A DNA stretch of 64,000 nucleotides, taken from positions 11,408 to 75,407 of the forward strand of contig JAHBAU020000007.1 in assembly GCA_018499905.2 (NCBI GenBank), read 5' to 3'. The stretch comes from Candidatus Saccharimonadota bacterium. Its GTDB lineage: Bacteria; Patescibacteriota; Saccharimonadia; Saccharimonadales; AQU-01. The translations under genes were made by a program, and so were the position numbers. The notes under the pieces were generated by a model, which was not told the DNA's origin, did not search any database, and saw only the letters and a list, made by a program, of their open reading frames with translations. Positions 26,757 through 37,023 of the stretch are shown in pieces. Position 1 is the stretch's first letter, and each line of letters begins with the position of its first letter.

Positions 26757-26975
26757 ATGAAAATCGTCAAAACCAGCGCCTCACGTTCCACAGATCGATT
26801 AGTCGCAATCTTCGGCATATTGATTGCGGCAATCGGCCTGAATATCGGAACCGGGGCGCAGGCAGGCGATGTGCCGGAACCTCACTATCGATGGCTGATA
26901 GGCTTTGGTCTATTTGTTAGCGGTGTTATGTTGGCGCGGGCATTTTGGTTGAAAAATAAGGGAGGGGAGTCATGA
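26757..26975 (+). CDS. Small membrane protein
   Basis: Two hydrophobic spans. It overlaps the next ORF by 4 nt. Confidence 0.35.
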   Translation: MKIVKTSASRSTDRLVAIFGILIAAIGLNIGTGAQAGDVPEPHYRWLIGFGLFVSGVMLARAFWLKNKGGES

Positions 26976-27181
26976 GTAAATCATCAATGTTTAGCCTTCA
27001 GAACCCGAAAGCCAAGATCGGGTATAAGATATTAGCCTGTCTACTGATGGCTTATGGCGCAGCCTCCTGGGCTATCGACAACGGCAGCCCTTGGCTCTAC
27101 ATCATCACAATAGTGTTTTGTTATGCTGCGGTTCAATACTTTTCAGCGCTTGTAAAGGAAGTCAGAAGTGGCAAACACTAA
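26972..27181 (+). CDS. Small membrane protein
   Basis: Two hydrophobic spans. The ATGA overlap suggests translational coupling to the upstream ORF. Confidence 0.35.
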   Translation: MSKSSMFSLQNPKAKIGYKILACLLMAYGAASWAIDNGSPWLYIITIVFCYAAVQYFSALVKEVRSGKH

Positions 27182-27241
27182 CTATGTTAGCGAAACGATT
27201 TCTGGCCGACATCTTTTCCATAGCGATTTTTCAGCAGATTA

Positions 27242-27838
27242 ATGATCCGGGGTCAGGAACGAGTGACAAACGTAAAAAGTAAACAAATCCAGCTTGACCA
27301 AATTAAGGCAGATATTTTAAGTCAAAATATCTGCCAGGAGTTGGCCAAGCAAGCCACACAGCTCGTGTTTGGAGATGGCAGCCCCAATGCCGACATCGTT
27401 TTTATCGGCGAAGCGCCAGGCAAAAATGAAGACATCCAAGGCATTCCCTTTGTGGGGGCCGCCGGCAAGTTCTTAAACGAAATGCTGGAAATGATCGGAA
27501 TGAATCGTGACGATATTTATATCACCAATATCGTCAAGTACAGACCGCCAAATAACCGAGACCCGTTGCCAGAAGAGAAGCAGGCATTTCTGCCGTTTCT
27601 CGAAGCGCAGCTGCAGGTAATCCAGCCCAAACTGGTCATTACACTCGGTCGGCATAGTATGGATAGTCTGCTGCCCGGGCTCAAGATCAGCCAGGTCCAT
27701 GGCCAGCCCAAACGCTACAAAGGCCAGGTATACCTGCCATTGTTTCATCCAGCGGCGGCACTATACAACGGGGGAATGCGTCAAACACTTATAGACGACT
27801 TCATATCAATTCCCGCCATTCTTAAGAAAATTACATAA
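27242..27838 (+). CDS. Uracil-DNA glycosylase, family 4
   Basis: FIGEAPGKNEDIQGIPFVGAAGKFL and HPAA motifs. The exact start is uncertain. Confidence 0.8.
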   Translation: MIRGQERVTNVKSKQIQLDQIKADILSQNICQELAKQATQLVFGDGSPNADIVFIGEAPGKNEDIQGIPFVGAAGKFLNEMLEMIGMNRDDIYITNIVKYRPPNNRDPLPEEKQAFLPFLEAQLQVIQPKLVITLGRHSMDSLLPGLKISQVHGQPKRYKGQVYLPLFHPAAALYNGGMRQTLIDDFISIPAILKKIT

Positions 27839-27873
27839 ATTTTAACTTCATCAAAAATATTTAAGGAGATTCA

Positions 27874-29961
27874 ATGAATCCTAACGAACAAAACAACCAA
27901 AATCGGCCCAGACGTGGCCAAGGCCAAGGTGGTCAAAACCGTGGCAACAACAATCGTCAGAATCGCCCCAATCGGGGCAATAATCAAGGTAGCCAGCCGC
28001 AACAAAACAGCGGCGGCGCACCCAAAGTATCTCGTGGTGCGGCTATTCGCGCCCAGAAACGCAATCAGGAAGACGCCCATAAAATTGTCAGTCAATACGT
28101 GAATGCAGCAGCCAACCCGCGCAGCGGCCGAGCTAATCAAATTGTCGACGCTTTTGACAAGCTCAAGCTCACCTTCTTGGGTGGCTTGGAGGATGTCGGT
28201 GAAAAGAACATGGCAGTCCTAGAGTGGCAGAATGACGCGCTCATCATCGACTGCGGTAACAACCTTGGCGTCGATCTGCCAGGGGTTAATTATGAGATTA
28301 ACGACCCGGCGTATCTCGAGACAATTAAGCATAAAATTCGCGGGTATGTCATTACCCATGGTCACCTTGATCACATCGGTGGCTTGCGGCACATTGTGCC
28401 AATGTACCCGGCGCCGATGTATGGATCACGCTATACCATAGGTGTTGTCGAAAAGACTTTCGAGGACGAGGCAGCTGAAACTGGCGTGATGTTCAAGCCC
28501 GAAACGGTCACCATGAACATGGAAGGCCACGAAAAGCTCAAGCTGGGCGTGTTTATGATTGAATTCATTCGAATTACGCACTCCATTCCTGATGCGTCCG
28601 CTATTTGTATCGATACGCCTGTCGGCAAGATAATTACAACTGGTGACTTTCGACTTGATCCTGAGCCACTTGACCACCATCCAAGCGACACGGCTCGTCT
28701 GGAAGAGCTCGGTCGAGAAGGCGTCTTGCTACTGATGTCAGATAGTAGTTACTCAGACGAAGAGGGGCGAACACCTACGGAGCACACTCTACAGGATAGC
28801 TTTCATGACGTGATTGCCAAGGCACCTGGCCGTATCTTTGTGGCTATTTTCTCTAGCAATATGAATCGCATCCAGATGGTGATTAACGGGGCGGTCAACG
28901 CTGGCCGCAAAGTTGCTCTCGATGGCCGCAGCATGATGAGCTACGCTGAGATTGCAGTTCGACAGGGTATTTTGAAGGTGCCAAAAGGGGTTATCATCCC
29001 TATGCGTGATGTTGCCAATGTGCCTGAAGACCAACTACTGGTGGTCTGTACAGGCGGCCAAGGCGAGCCTGGTGCTGCGCTCCAGCGAATGAGTGAAGGC
29101 GACCACAAATATATCAAGCTCCAAGGTGGCGATACGGTTGTCATCAGCTCTTCACCAATTCCCGGCAATGAGATCAGATATGACATGATCAGTAATAATC
29201 TTGCCAAGACTGGTGTCCACCTCTATAGGCATCCTACCCATGAGGTTGACGGTTGCGGCCCATTGCACGTGTCTGGGCATGCACGGCGTGGCGAAATGCG
29301 CGATATGCTGCACATGACACAGCCGAAGTTTTTCATCCCTGTTCATGCTGGCATGCACAGGCGCAAATACCACGCTGAGTTAGCTGTCGAAGAAGGCTGG
29401 CCGCGTAACCGTGTGCTGCTCCCCAATAATGGTGATAGCCTGGTGTTTACCGCAGACACCGTAGTAGAAGCCGGCCAAGTGCCGCACGGCAGCCTGCTGG
29501 TCGACCAAACCGGATCTCTGGTCAGCAACATCGTAGTTAAAGACCGCCTAATGCTCTCTGAAGAAGGTCTGGTGGCCGTTATCTTAACTATCGATAAGAA
29601 ATCGGGTAACCTGTTAACCAGCCCTGATATCATCAGTCGCGGATTCATCTACATGCGAGATAGTGAGGAGCTGATGAATGATTTCCGCAGCGAGCTACGC
29701 CGGGCGGTGACGCAGCGGTTTAAGCGCATTGACCTAGATCGTTTCAAAGCTGAACTCAAAGATCACATCACGCATTTCTTGTTCGAACGCACCCAGCGTA
29801 GTCCAATCGTCATCCCAGTGGTGAACGTCATTGGTAGCAAGGGTGAAGCGCAAACGGTACACAGTAATGGCCGCAAAACCGAAGAAGAGCTCATGGCCGA
29901 ACAGCAAAAGCGCTTCATGGCCATGCGCGCCCGTCTTTTGGGTTCCGACCAAGCTGACTAG
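27874..29961 (+). CDS. rnj: Ribonuclease J with an N/Q/R/G-rich N-terminal extension
   Basis: Metallo-beta-lactamase motif ITHGHLDHIGG and beta-CASP architecture. About 95 low-complexity residues precede the conserved LTFLGGLEDVGEKNM. Confidence 0.9.
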   Translation: MNPNEQNNQNRPRRGQGQGGQNRGNNNRQNRPNRGNNQGSQPQQNSGGAPKVSRGAAIRAQKRNQEDAHKIVSQYVNAAANPRSGRANQIVDAFDKLKLTFLGGLEDVGEKNMAVLEWQNDALIIDCGNNLGVDLPGVNYEINDPAYLETIKHKIRGYVITHGHLDHIGGLRHIVPMYPAPMYGSRYTIGVVEKTFEDEAAETGVMFKPETVTMNMEGHEKLKLGVFMIEFIRITHSIPDASAICIDTPVGKIITTGDFRLDPEPLDHHPSDTARLEELGREGVLLLMSDSSYSDEEGRTPTEHTLQDSFHDVIAKAPGRIFVAIFSSNMNRIQMVINGAVNAGRKVALDGRSMMSYAEIAVRQGILKVPKGVIIPMRDVANVPEDQLLVVCTGGQGEPGAALQRMSEGDHKYIKLQGGDTVVISSSPIPGNEIRYDMISNNLAKTGVHLYRHPTHEVDGCGPLHVSGHARRGEMRDMLHMTQPKFFIPVHAGMHRRKYHAELAVEEGWPRNRVLLPNNGDSLVFTADTVVEAGQVPHGSLLVDQTGSLVSNIVVKDRLMLSEEGLVAVILTIDKKSGNLLTSPDIISRGFIYMRDSEELMNDFRSELRRAVTQRFKRIDLDRFKAELKDHITHFLFERTQRSPIVIPVVNVIGSKGEAQTVHSNGRKTEEELMAEQQKRFMAMRARLLGSDQAD

Positions 29962-30036
29962 TTACGCTGCTGGCCTCGGCCAGTTAGCGAGCGATTTTTG
30001 GCTGTTGCTCCAGAGTTTTTGATAAGTCTACAAACT

Positions 30037-30774
30037 CTATCCGAGGGTAGTCGTGGCTGCAGCAGCGGCTGCCTGTTGATCGAGGTAGGCCTCTGTAGCA
30101 ATGAAGAACTGGTCAACGATAATGTCACTTTTGGTGTACATTCCAGTGGCAGGGTCCACAGTCACGATATCGAATATAAGTCCGAACTCATTACCGACGA
30201 CACCAACTTTGGCTAAATTTTCCTCAGTTAATCTTTCTTGAGAGATTTCGCTCGCTCCCGATCCTCCACTAGCAAATCCCCAGCCACTTATAAGGGTTTC
30301 AGAATAACCCTCAATTGAGAAGACTTCTTGATACGGCGCGTCGGGCGTCACAAGGAACCCAGGCTGTGTCGCACCATGAATGCTGTCATCCATAGAGTCT
30401 TGTTTCATGCCATCAAACCCGACTCTAGTTGCTTCTAAAGAAACGTCAGCATGAAGGTGTTCGACAAACACTAGTGGTGCAGCTGCGGGGTCTGTAGATT
30501 CGCCCTCGGCAGGAATGACTGAAAGGGAAATGTTGACTGTCTTCGGTTCTGTAATTTTCCATTGCTTGATAGCATAATCAGTAGAGTACTCAGTTCGGAT
30601 TACAACGCCATTCTCTAATGTATGATCAAAAGTTACCGTTCCGTCATCTGTAGTAATTCCCTCAATTGGTCTCTCTGTCGTTGGATCCACTTCGTCATCG
30701 CCAGTACAGCCAGCCAGCCCCATAGCAAGGGCCGAAGTTAGAACTAATGTCTCACCAAATCCCGGTCGTCTCAT
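30037..30774 (-). CDS. Putative lipoprotein
   Basis: Start MRRPGF at 30774 has AAGGAG upstream. The lipobox is LAGC. Confidence 0.5.
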   Translation of the reverse strand: MRRPGFGETLVLTSALAMGLAGCTGDDEVDPTTERPIEGITTDDGTVTFDHTLENGVVIRTEYSTDYAIKQWKITEPKTVNISLSVIPAEGESTDPAAAPLVFVEHLHADVSLEATRVGFDGMKQDSMDDSIHGATQPGFLVTPDAPYQEVFSIEGYSETLISGWGFASGGSGASEISQERLTEENLAKVGVVGNEFGLIFDIVTVDPATGMYTKSDIIVDQFFIATEAYLDQQAAAAAATTTLG

Positions 30775-30899
30775 AGTACTCCTTAAATAAGTGTGGAAAT
30801 TATACAATAGTATTGGCTCATACAAAATTGTTTGTGCTTAAAAAGCCCAGCAAAGTTTATGGCTATCTATCCGGTTTGATTTTGCTACAATACCTGCGT

Positions 30900-31418
30900 A
30901 TGAAAAAAGACTTGTTGCTAATTATTGACCTGCAAAAGGGGTGGCGGCATCGGACGGCTACTGAAAAAGTGATGCAAAAGACAGTGCAACTCGCCCAGCG
31001 GTTTAAGGGTGATGTCATTCACAGTTGTTTTAAGAATGATCCCAAAAGCCTGTTTTATACGCAGCTTAACTGGTCGCGCTTTAGCGAACCACGAGACACC
31101 GATCAGATCCCGGAAATAGCTGAGCTAAAGCTGCCTATTTATTGGCGGAATACCTATAACTGCGTCACCGATGAAACACTGCCACTATTCAAAAAATACA
31201 AGCACATCTATATAGCAGGCGTGTTTACCGATATCAGTGTGCACGCCACTGCCCTATGCCTCTTTGATAATGGCATTCAAGTGAGTGTAGTTAAAGATGC
31301 CATATGCACACTCCATGGAAATGATGTACATTCGGTGTATCTAAAGTCCCTCGAGATGGCTCTGGATAGAAAACACGTGGTTACGAGTAAAAGCCTTCTG
31401 TCAAAATCGCCAGAGTAG
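30900..31418 (+). CDS. Isochorismatase-family (cysteine hydrolase-like) protein
   Basis: LLLIIDLQKGW and IYIAGVFTDISVHATAL match the family. The usual catalytic Cys position appears to read Ser. Confidence 0.55.
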   Translation: MKKDLLLIIDLQKGWRHRTATEKVMQKTVQLAQRFKGDVIHSCFKNDPKSLFYTQLNWSRFSEPRDTDQIPEIAELKLPIYWRNTYNCVTDETLPLFKKYKHIYIAGVFTDISVHATALCLFDNGIQVSVVKDAICTLHGNDVHSVYLKSLEMALDRKHVVTSKSLLSKSPE

Positions 31419-31419
31419 G

Positions 31420-32667
31420 CTACTCTTCCACCACCCCAATAAAAGAAGTGTTGGCATTTTCTGAAAGCAGGCTCGTAGCTTGTTTAGTGGAAGTATTATA
31501 CGAAGCTATCTGGAGGTTAGGATAATCACCGCTCTCGGTAATGACGAGGTCTTTGCTAAGGTAACCGACACGCTGTATGGTTTTCTCGGCATCGAACAGT
31601 ACTTTTTTATCGGCCAACGTATAGATCTTTGAACCGAGGGCGTAATAGCCAGTACCATCGTCGCCATAGCCTGTACCCCACACGTACAGATCTGCTTCTT
31701 CAAGCAGCTTTGTTGCTTTACCAATGGCCCGGTCATATACGAAGATTTCATAAGGCGGGCCGGCGCCTAGGCCTTCATCAGAAATAGCGCCAAGTGCGTA
31801 CACCAGCTCACTGCCATCCTGCTTCACGCCAACTGATAACAAGTACTGGTTGGTTGCTGTAACTACTTCCGTTTCCTGGTTAGCGAGTAAGTCGCGGCGG
31901 TAAAGTGGTACGCCGGTGTTGCCGTCACAATTAAAGCAGCCGGTTGTGTAGTATAGCTCCAGTTTGGCGCTGTCATAACTCGTTAAAAACACGCCGACTT
32001 TGTCTGACGTGAACAGGTCTTTGATCTGGGTGTCGGCCAAATTCAATTCTTTGACGGTGTTGACTCCATTCGTGCCGTACACAGCGAACAGTAACCGTTT
32101 TTGATCATGCGAGAATATGAGACTTGTAATCTGTTCTCCAAGAGCATCCCCAGTCCCTGCGTTGCCCGACCAAACTTTTTGGTACATCTTTCCACTATCT
32201 GAACTTAGCCACACCGATGGCCCGTTTTTGCCCTCAACGCTCAAAGCCACATATTGGCTTGCGGCTTGGTAACCGGTCAGGTAATCATCGACAGACAGCT
32301 TCAAGACGCTGACAGCCTTGCTACTGCCGTCAAGAGGCTTACGGTAAATCTCGTATTGGCTGTTATCATCTTTGCGCCCTGCGTACACAATAGCCGATGG
32401 TTTGGTTTCGCCAGATTGATTCTCGGAAATATAGCCAATTTTGTTTGAAGCAGTATTAGTGGTTTGTTGGACAGGTTCTGGATCCGCCTTTATTAAGGCA
32501 TACCAGACGCCAAAGCCCAGCCCGCCGGCGACCAGTAGTGAAACAATGGCAATGAGTGGCTTTTTGAGCCGGTTTGACCTTTGAACAGGTGAGATATTTG
32601 GGAAAGACTGGGGGCTTTCGGATTCTGGGGTGGTGTTTGTTGGCGGTTGTGACGAATTATCTTCCAT
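31420..32667 (-). CDS. Membrane-anchored protein, beta-propeller-like (TolB/PD40-like?)
   Basis: N-terminal TM segment followed by repeated beta-rich segments. The family assignment is weak. Confidence 0.4.
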   Translation of the reverse strand: MEDNSSQPPTNTTPESESPQSFPNISPVQRSNRLKKPLIAIVSLLVAGGLGFGVWYALIKADPEPVQQTTNTASNKIGYISENQSGETKPSAIVYAGRKDDNSQYEIYRKPLDGSSKAVSVLKLSVDDYLTGYQAASQYVALSVEGKNGPSVWLSSDSGKMYQKVWSGNAGTGDALGEQITSLIFSHDQKRLLFAVYGTNGVNTVKELNLADTQIKDLFTSDKVGVFLTSYDSAKLELYYTTGCFNCDGNTGVPLYRRDLLANQETEVVTATNQYLLSVGVKQDGSELVYALGAISDEGLGAGPPYEIFVYDRAIGKATKLLEEADLYVWGTGYGDDGTGYYALGSKIYTLADKKVLFDAEKTIQRVGYLSKDLVITESGDYPNLQIASYNTSTKQATSLLSENANTSFIGVVEE

Positions 32668-32811
32668 ACTTAAAGTATAGGGCTGTAGCTGCCTTTTTAC
32701 TATTAATAAAGCAAACGGATCGTTGTACGAAATAGATAAACGTTAGCACAATTGACTAATGATGTAAAAATTGCTATAATAGTATTTGTAGCATGGTAAA
32801 ATAGACAGGCA

Positions 32812-35007
32812 ATGGCTAAAAAGAAAAAACGCAAGAGCTCTAAGAAGGAAATACCCGCCGAGAAGTCGCCGTTTTGGGCACAGGCTGGCGCCATTTTCTT
32901 GATGTTGTTTGGCATCTTCTTTTTGCTTGGCGTCTTTGGTACAGGTGGCAACTTGCCGGTCACCTTATACAGCGGCGCCTATGCGGCTCTTGGCTGGGCG
33001 GCTATTATGAGCCCGATCGCCTTATTCTACTTTGGAATTCTTAAATTTAAGAGCGAAGACCACCAAATTCCATTAAGCAAGTTTAGTAGCATGCTGGCAG
33101 CCCTTGGTTTCTCGGGGGCTTTCTTGCACACCATGTTTGCCGTTCAAGAAGCCGTTCCGGGCGGATTTGAAGGTGGTCACGGTGGCGCCATCGGCAGATT
33201 GTTTGGCAATGCAGCTCTTGGGATCTTGGACAAATGGCCAGCAAGTCTATTATTCCTGGTGTTTGCAACCGTTTCATATTTCTTTGCTTTTGGCATCTCG
33301 CTAAAAGTACTAACCAAGTTTTTGATTATTTTTCAGCGTCCGGAGCGTGAAGAGGATACCGACCTGGGTGCTCTCAAACAGCGGGCTACTGACAGCACTT
33401 TTAAATTGAACGAAGGTGTGCCAGTCGAGCACCATACTCCTGCCTCTCGGTTAAGTAGCATGAAGAACACGGCCGAAAAACAGCTAGCGCCAACGGAATC
33501 TCACCAAGCTTTGACCATTGCCAGCGACCCTGATTGGAAATTTCCAACTGTCAATCTCTTGAATCAAAAGCAGGATAAGGCTGATGCTGGTGACGTTGAG
33601 GGCAATGCCGAAACTATCAAAGAGACTTTTGCCAACTTCAGCATTAACGTCGAGATGGAAGGGGCCAATATCGGGCCACGTGTGACGCAGTACACTTTAA
33701 AGCCACCGGCAGGTGTCAAGTTGACCAAGATTGCCTCGCTAGACAACAACTTATCACTTGATCTAGCCGCCCAGTCTATCCGTATCGAAGCGCCGATTCC
33801 GGGCAAGCGAGCGGTTGGTATTGAAGTGCCAAATGTGAAGGCTGCGACGGTACGTATGGCGGGGATAATGACCAGTCCTGAATGGGCGGGCATCAGTAAT
33901 CCCTTAGGTTTTGCGATTGGACGCGATATCTCTGGTTCGCCAGTGGTAGGTGCGCTCGACAAAATGCCGCACCTTTTAGTAGCCGGTCAAACTAACTCTG
34001 GTAAGTCCGTTATGATCAACACCTTGCTGATCAGTATGCTGTACCGCAACAGCCCAAGTGATCTCAAACTCATTCTGGTGGATCCCAAGCACGTCGAATT
34101 ATCGCCATACAACGACATCCCTCATCTGCTAACTGAAGTGATAACTGAACCCGAAAAATGTATCAGCGCGCTTAAATGGGCCGTTGCCGAGATGGAGCGT
34201 CGCTATCGTACGCTGGCAGAAGCCAAGCAACGCAACATTGCCGACTACAATAGCCTGAAAAAAGACGAGGGTATGCCGTACATCGTGATTGTGATTGATG
34301 AGTTGGCTGATCTGATGATGATGGCAGCTCGCGATGTTGAGGCACTGATTGTTCGTATCGCCCAAAAGGCCCGGGCCGTCGGTATTCACCTGGTATTGGC
34401 CACGCAGCGTCCGTCAGTCGATGTCATTACCGGTCTGATCAAAGCTAACATTCCAGCTCGCATTGCCTTTACCGTTGCTAGCCAAGTTGATAGCCGAACT
34501 ATCATCGATCAAGTAGGTGCAGAAAAACTGCTCGGTATGGGTGACATGCTGTTTAGTACCGCTGACATGCCCAAGCCGCGCCGCGTCCAAGGTGCCTTAA
34601 TTACAACCGAAGAAATCCAGAAGGTTACTGACTATCTGCGTGAACAACGGGCGCCGCAATATGATGATGAAGTTGTGTCACAGCCTGTTCAGCTGGGTGG
34701 TGGCCGAGGCAATATGGTCACCGAAATCGACACAGACGATGAACCTCTCTTCAAAGACGCAGTACAAGTGGTGATTGATGCCGGCAAGGCCAGCACCAGC
34801 CTGTTACAACGTCGTTTGCGAATTGGTTATGGCAAAGCCGCCCGCATGATCGAAAATATGGAAGAACAGGGCATAGTTGGGCCGGCTGATGGCTCACGAC
34901 CGCGTGAAGTGCTGGTGCATTCACTCGATGAAGTTTTCGGCGGCGGCGGGACTGCAGCGAGCGCTGAACCCGATGCCTACGACGAAATCCCGGTTAACGA
35001 AGAATAG
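32812..35007 (+). CDS. ftsK: DNA translocase FtsK
   Basis: N-terminal TM domain, Walker A AGQTNSGKS, VIVIDELADLMM, and a C-terminal gamma wHTH (LLQRRLRIGYGKAARMIE). Confidence 0.9.
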   Translation: MAKKKKRKSSKKEIPAEKSPFWAQAGAIFLMLFGIFFLLGVFGTGGNLPVTLYSGAYAALGWAAIMSPIALFYFGILKFKSEDHQIPLSKFSSMLAALGFSGAFLHTMFAVQEAVPGGFEGGHGGAIGRLFGNAALGILDKWPASLLFLVFATVSYFFAFGISLKVLTKFLIIFQRPEREEDTDLGALKQRATDSTFKLNEGVPVEHHTPASRLSSMKNTAEKQLAPTESHQALTIASDPDWKFPTVNLLNQKQDKADAGDVEGNAETIKETFANFSINVEMEGANIGPRVTQYTLKPPAGVKLTKIASLDNNLSLDLAAQSIRIEAPIPGKRAVGIEVPNVKAATVRMAGIMTSPEWAGISNPLGFAIGRDISGSPVVGALDKMPHLLVAGQTNSGKSVMINTLLISMLYRNSPSDLKLILVDPKHVELSPYNDIPHLLTEVITEPEKCISALKWAVAEMERRYRTLAEAKQRNIADYNSLKKDEGMPYIVIVIDELADLMMMAARDVEALIVRIAQKARAVGIHLVLATQRPSVDVITGLIKANIPARIAFTVASQVDSRTIIDQVGAEKLLGMGDMLFSTADMPKPRRVQGALITTEEIQKVTDYLREQRAPQYDDEVVSQPVQLGGGRGNMVTEIDTDDEPLFKDAVQVVIDAGKASTSLLQRRLRIGYGKAARMIENMEEQGIVGPADGSRPREVLVHSLDEVFGGGGTAASAEPDAYDEIPVNEE

Positions 35008-35062
35008 GCGTTAAGTTAATAAAGGTTGCTATTCAGCAGCGGGCCTGTTAACCTTCCCCCTT

Positions 35063-35776
35063 GTGCCTGGAATTTATAAAACAGTACCATTGAACGCAGA
35101 TTTGTCTGCTGAACTAATTGACCCGTGGGTTGAACGGTGGCGTTTTGCTGAAGCCGTCGCCAAAGACCCTGTGGCTATGGCCGCCATGAATCTTGGCCCT
35201 AACATCTCGCGGTTTGGAGAGACTGGCAAGGCGCTTTATTGTATGGATCAATTAGCAGAGTGGACGGATGTTGGCTTAGTTGCGGCTTCGTTTCTGGTTG
35301 AAGTGCCACTTGAAGTACCACCGACAGAAACCGAAAATGAAGAAGCGCAAAGACCACACATTGTAGGAATCGCCACTGCCGAACCAGATGCTTCGATTTC
35401 ATATCTCCCCAAAACCAGATCAAGGTGGCGGGATGTTGAAGCAGCGCAACCAATTACCAGAGTAGAAGCATGTGTGGTTGGGGATGATAAATTCAATAAG
35501 ATGCACGAGCTATTATCAAAAGTGGTTGCACGAGCGGCTGAAGTGTTTGTGGCAGATCCCGCTACTCCACCAGTCGAGTTCGTTGCCATATTACCCGATC
35601 AACTTTCTGACAAAAGCTATCCAGATGTGAGGGCGGGGATTGGCAGCGTGATACCTTTTCAGCTTGCCGCCGGCAACTATGCCTGGGCTGACAGAAAAAA
35701 ACGATTCAGCGGCAGAACGTCTGTGCTTGGCAGCAGCTACAAACTACTTGGTAGCGGGCTTGACCAACAGAGGTAA
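35063..35776 (+). CDS. Hypothetical protein
   Basis: GTG-start ORF of 237 aa. No motif recognised. Confidence 0.4.
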   Translation: MPGIYKTVPLNADLSAELIDPWVERWRFAEAVAKDPVAMAAMNLGPNISRFGETGKALYCMDQLAEWTDVGLVAASFLVEVPLEVPPTETENEEAQRPHIVGIATAEPDASISYLPKTRSRWRDVEAAQPITRVEACVVGDDKFNKMHELLSKVVARAAEVFVADPATPPVEFVAILPDQLSDKSYPDVRAGIGSVIPFQLAAGNYAWADRKKRFSGRTSVLGSSYKLLGSGLDQQR

Positions 35777-35858
35777 TTAGGGTAGAATACAGCGGCAATA
35801 TCAATTTCAGTTCGCATCCTCTAGGGAGTGCGGGCTTTAACCAAAGGAAGGAGAGCAC

Positions 35859-36251
35859 ATGGTTTCTCAGTATGAAGTTGCTGTGTTATACCATCCCGAT
35901 CTGGAAGCAGATTTGGACAAGGCGACAACCAAGATCGAAAAGTTGTTTAAAGACAACGGCGGTAAGGTTGTAAACACCGATAACTGGGGCAAGCGCAAGT
36001 TGGCGTATACCATTAAGAAACAAGATTATGGTATCTATGTTTTTTATACGGTTGATATGCCCGGCGAAAACGTTGCCAAGCTGGAATCAAGCCTCAATAT
36101 CACTGACGAAGTGATCCGGTTCTTGATTACCAAGCCAGACCTGAAGGCTATCGCCAAAGCCGAAGCTGCCAAAGCCGACAAGGCCAAAAAAGCAGCCGAG
36201 CGCGGCGAAAAGTCATCTGATGATGAATCAGACGACGGTGAAGAAGAGTAA
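35859..36251 (+). CDS. rpsF: 30S ribosomal protein S6 with an acidic tail
   Basis: YEVAVLYHPDLE...WGKRKLAY is the S6 core. An SD lies upstream. Confidence 0.9.
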   Translation: MVSQYEVAVLYHPDLEADLDKATTKIEKLFKDNGGKVVNTDNWGKRKLAYTIKKQDYGIYVFYTVDMPGENVAKLESSLNITDEVIRFLITKPDLKAIAKAEAAKADKAKKAAERGEKSSDDESDDGEEE

Positions 36252-36367
36252 AATATTAATAGTTTGTGAAAACAAAAAAGCTTATGCTTGACGACAGTCT
36301 GGCAGGAGCAGTACGGTGGAAGTACAAATTAATCTAAGACATATGTCTTATAAGGAGGGAGCCATCT

Positions 36368-36853
36368 ATGGCACGATCATTTAACCAAGTAATTTTAATG
36401 GGTAACCTGACCCGCGATCCGGAACTCAGGCAAATCCCCAGCGGCCAAAGCGTCTGTAGCTTTAGCTTAGCGCTCAACCGCAGTTACAAAGGATCTGATG
36501 GCCAATGGCAAGAGGCAACCGACTTCGTTGATGTTGTTGCCTGGGGCCCCTTGGGCGAGCGCATTGCCCAATACGTCACCAAAGGCCGACCGGTGTTAGT
36601 GAACGGACGCCTGCAAAGCCGCAGTTGGGAACAAGATGGTCAGAAGCGCAGCAAGCTAGAGGTTGTCGCGCAGGATGTCACATTCTTAGGTGGCCGTGGA
36701 GGCGGTGGTGAGGGCGAAGACGGTGGCTACCAAGCACCCGTTTCAGCCGAAGCGTCTAGCAAGCCAAAGCCAAGCAAGGGCGCCAAGAAGGACGAGGTTG
36801 AGATTGAGGATATTGGCAATGAGCCTATTAACCTCGACGACATACCTTTTTAA
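36368..36853 (+). CDS. ssb: Single-stranded DNA-binding protein
   Basis: The OB fold begins NQVILMGNLTRDPELR. A Gly-rich linker leads to the acidic tip DDIPF. Confidence 0.9.
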   Translation: MARSFNQVILMGNLTRDPELRQIPSGQSVCSFSLALNRSYKGSDGQWQEATDFVDVVAWGPLGERIAQYVTKGRPVLVNGRLQSRSWEQDGQKRSKLEVVAQDVTFLGGRGGGGEGEDGGYQAPVSAEASSKPKPSKGAKKDEVEIEDIGNEPINLDDIPF

Positions 36854-36860
36854 CAAATTT

Positions 36861-36963
36861 ATGGCTGCACATTTTGGGCGAAAGCCTGCGTCAAAAGTTC
36901 TCACCGTATATTAAATACGGCTCAAACTTTGTGCTCGGCTTTCATCCCAAACTGCACTAGCCA
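36861..36963. repeat. Long imperfect inverted repeat (about 100-nt hairpin) downstream of ssb
   Basis: Arms at 36861-36910 and 36915-36963 pair in blocks: gaaagcc/ggctttc, tttggg/cccaaa and ccgtat/atacgg. The loop is ttaa. Confidence 0.4.
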
Positions 36964-37023
36964 AAATTCGTTAAAACTGACACGGGATTGGGCTTGAAGG
37001 AAGCTCAATAAAATATAGACAAC

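Noticed and set aside
36690-36914. A 74-aa ORF overlapping the ssb 3' end and the downstream spacer
   Set aside because: It is out of frame with ssb and runs through the long hairpin. The inverted repeat explains this stretch better than coding does.
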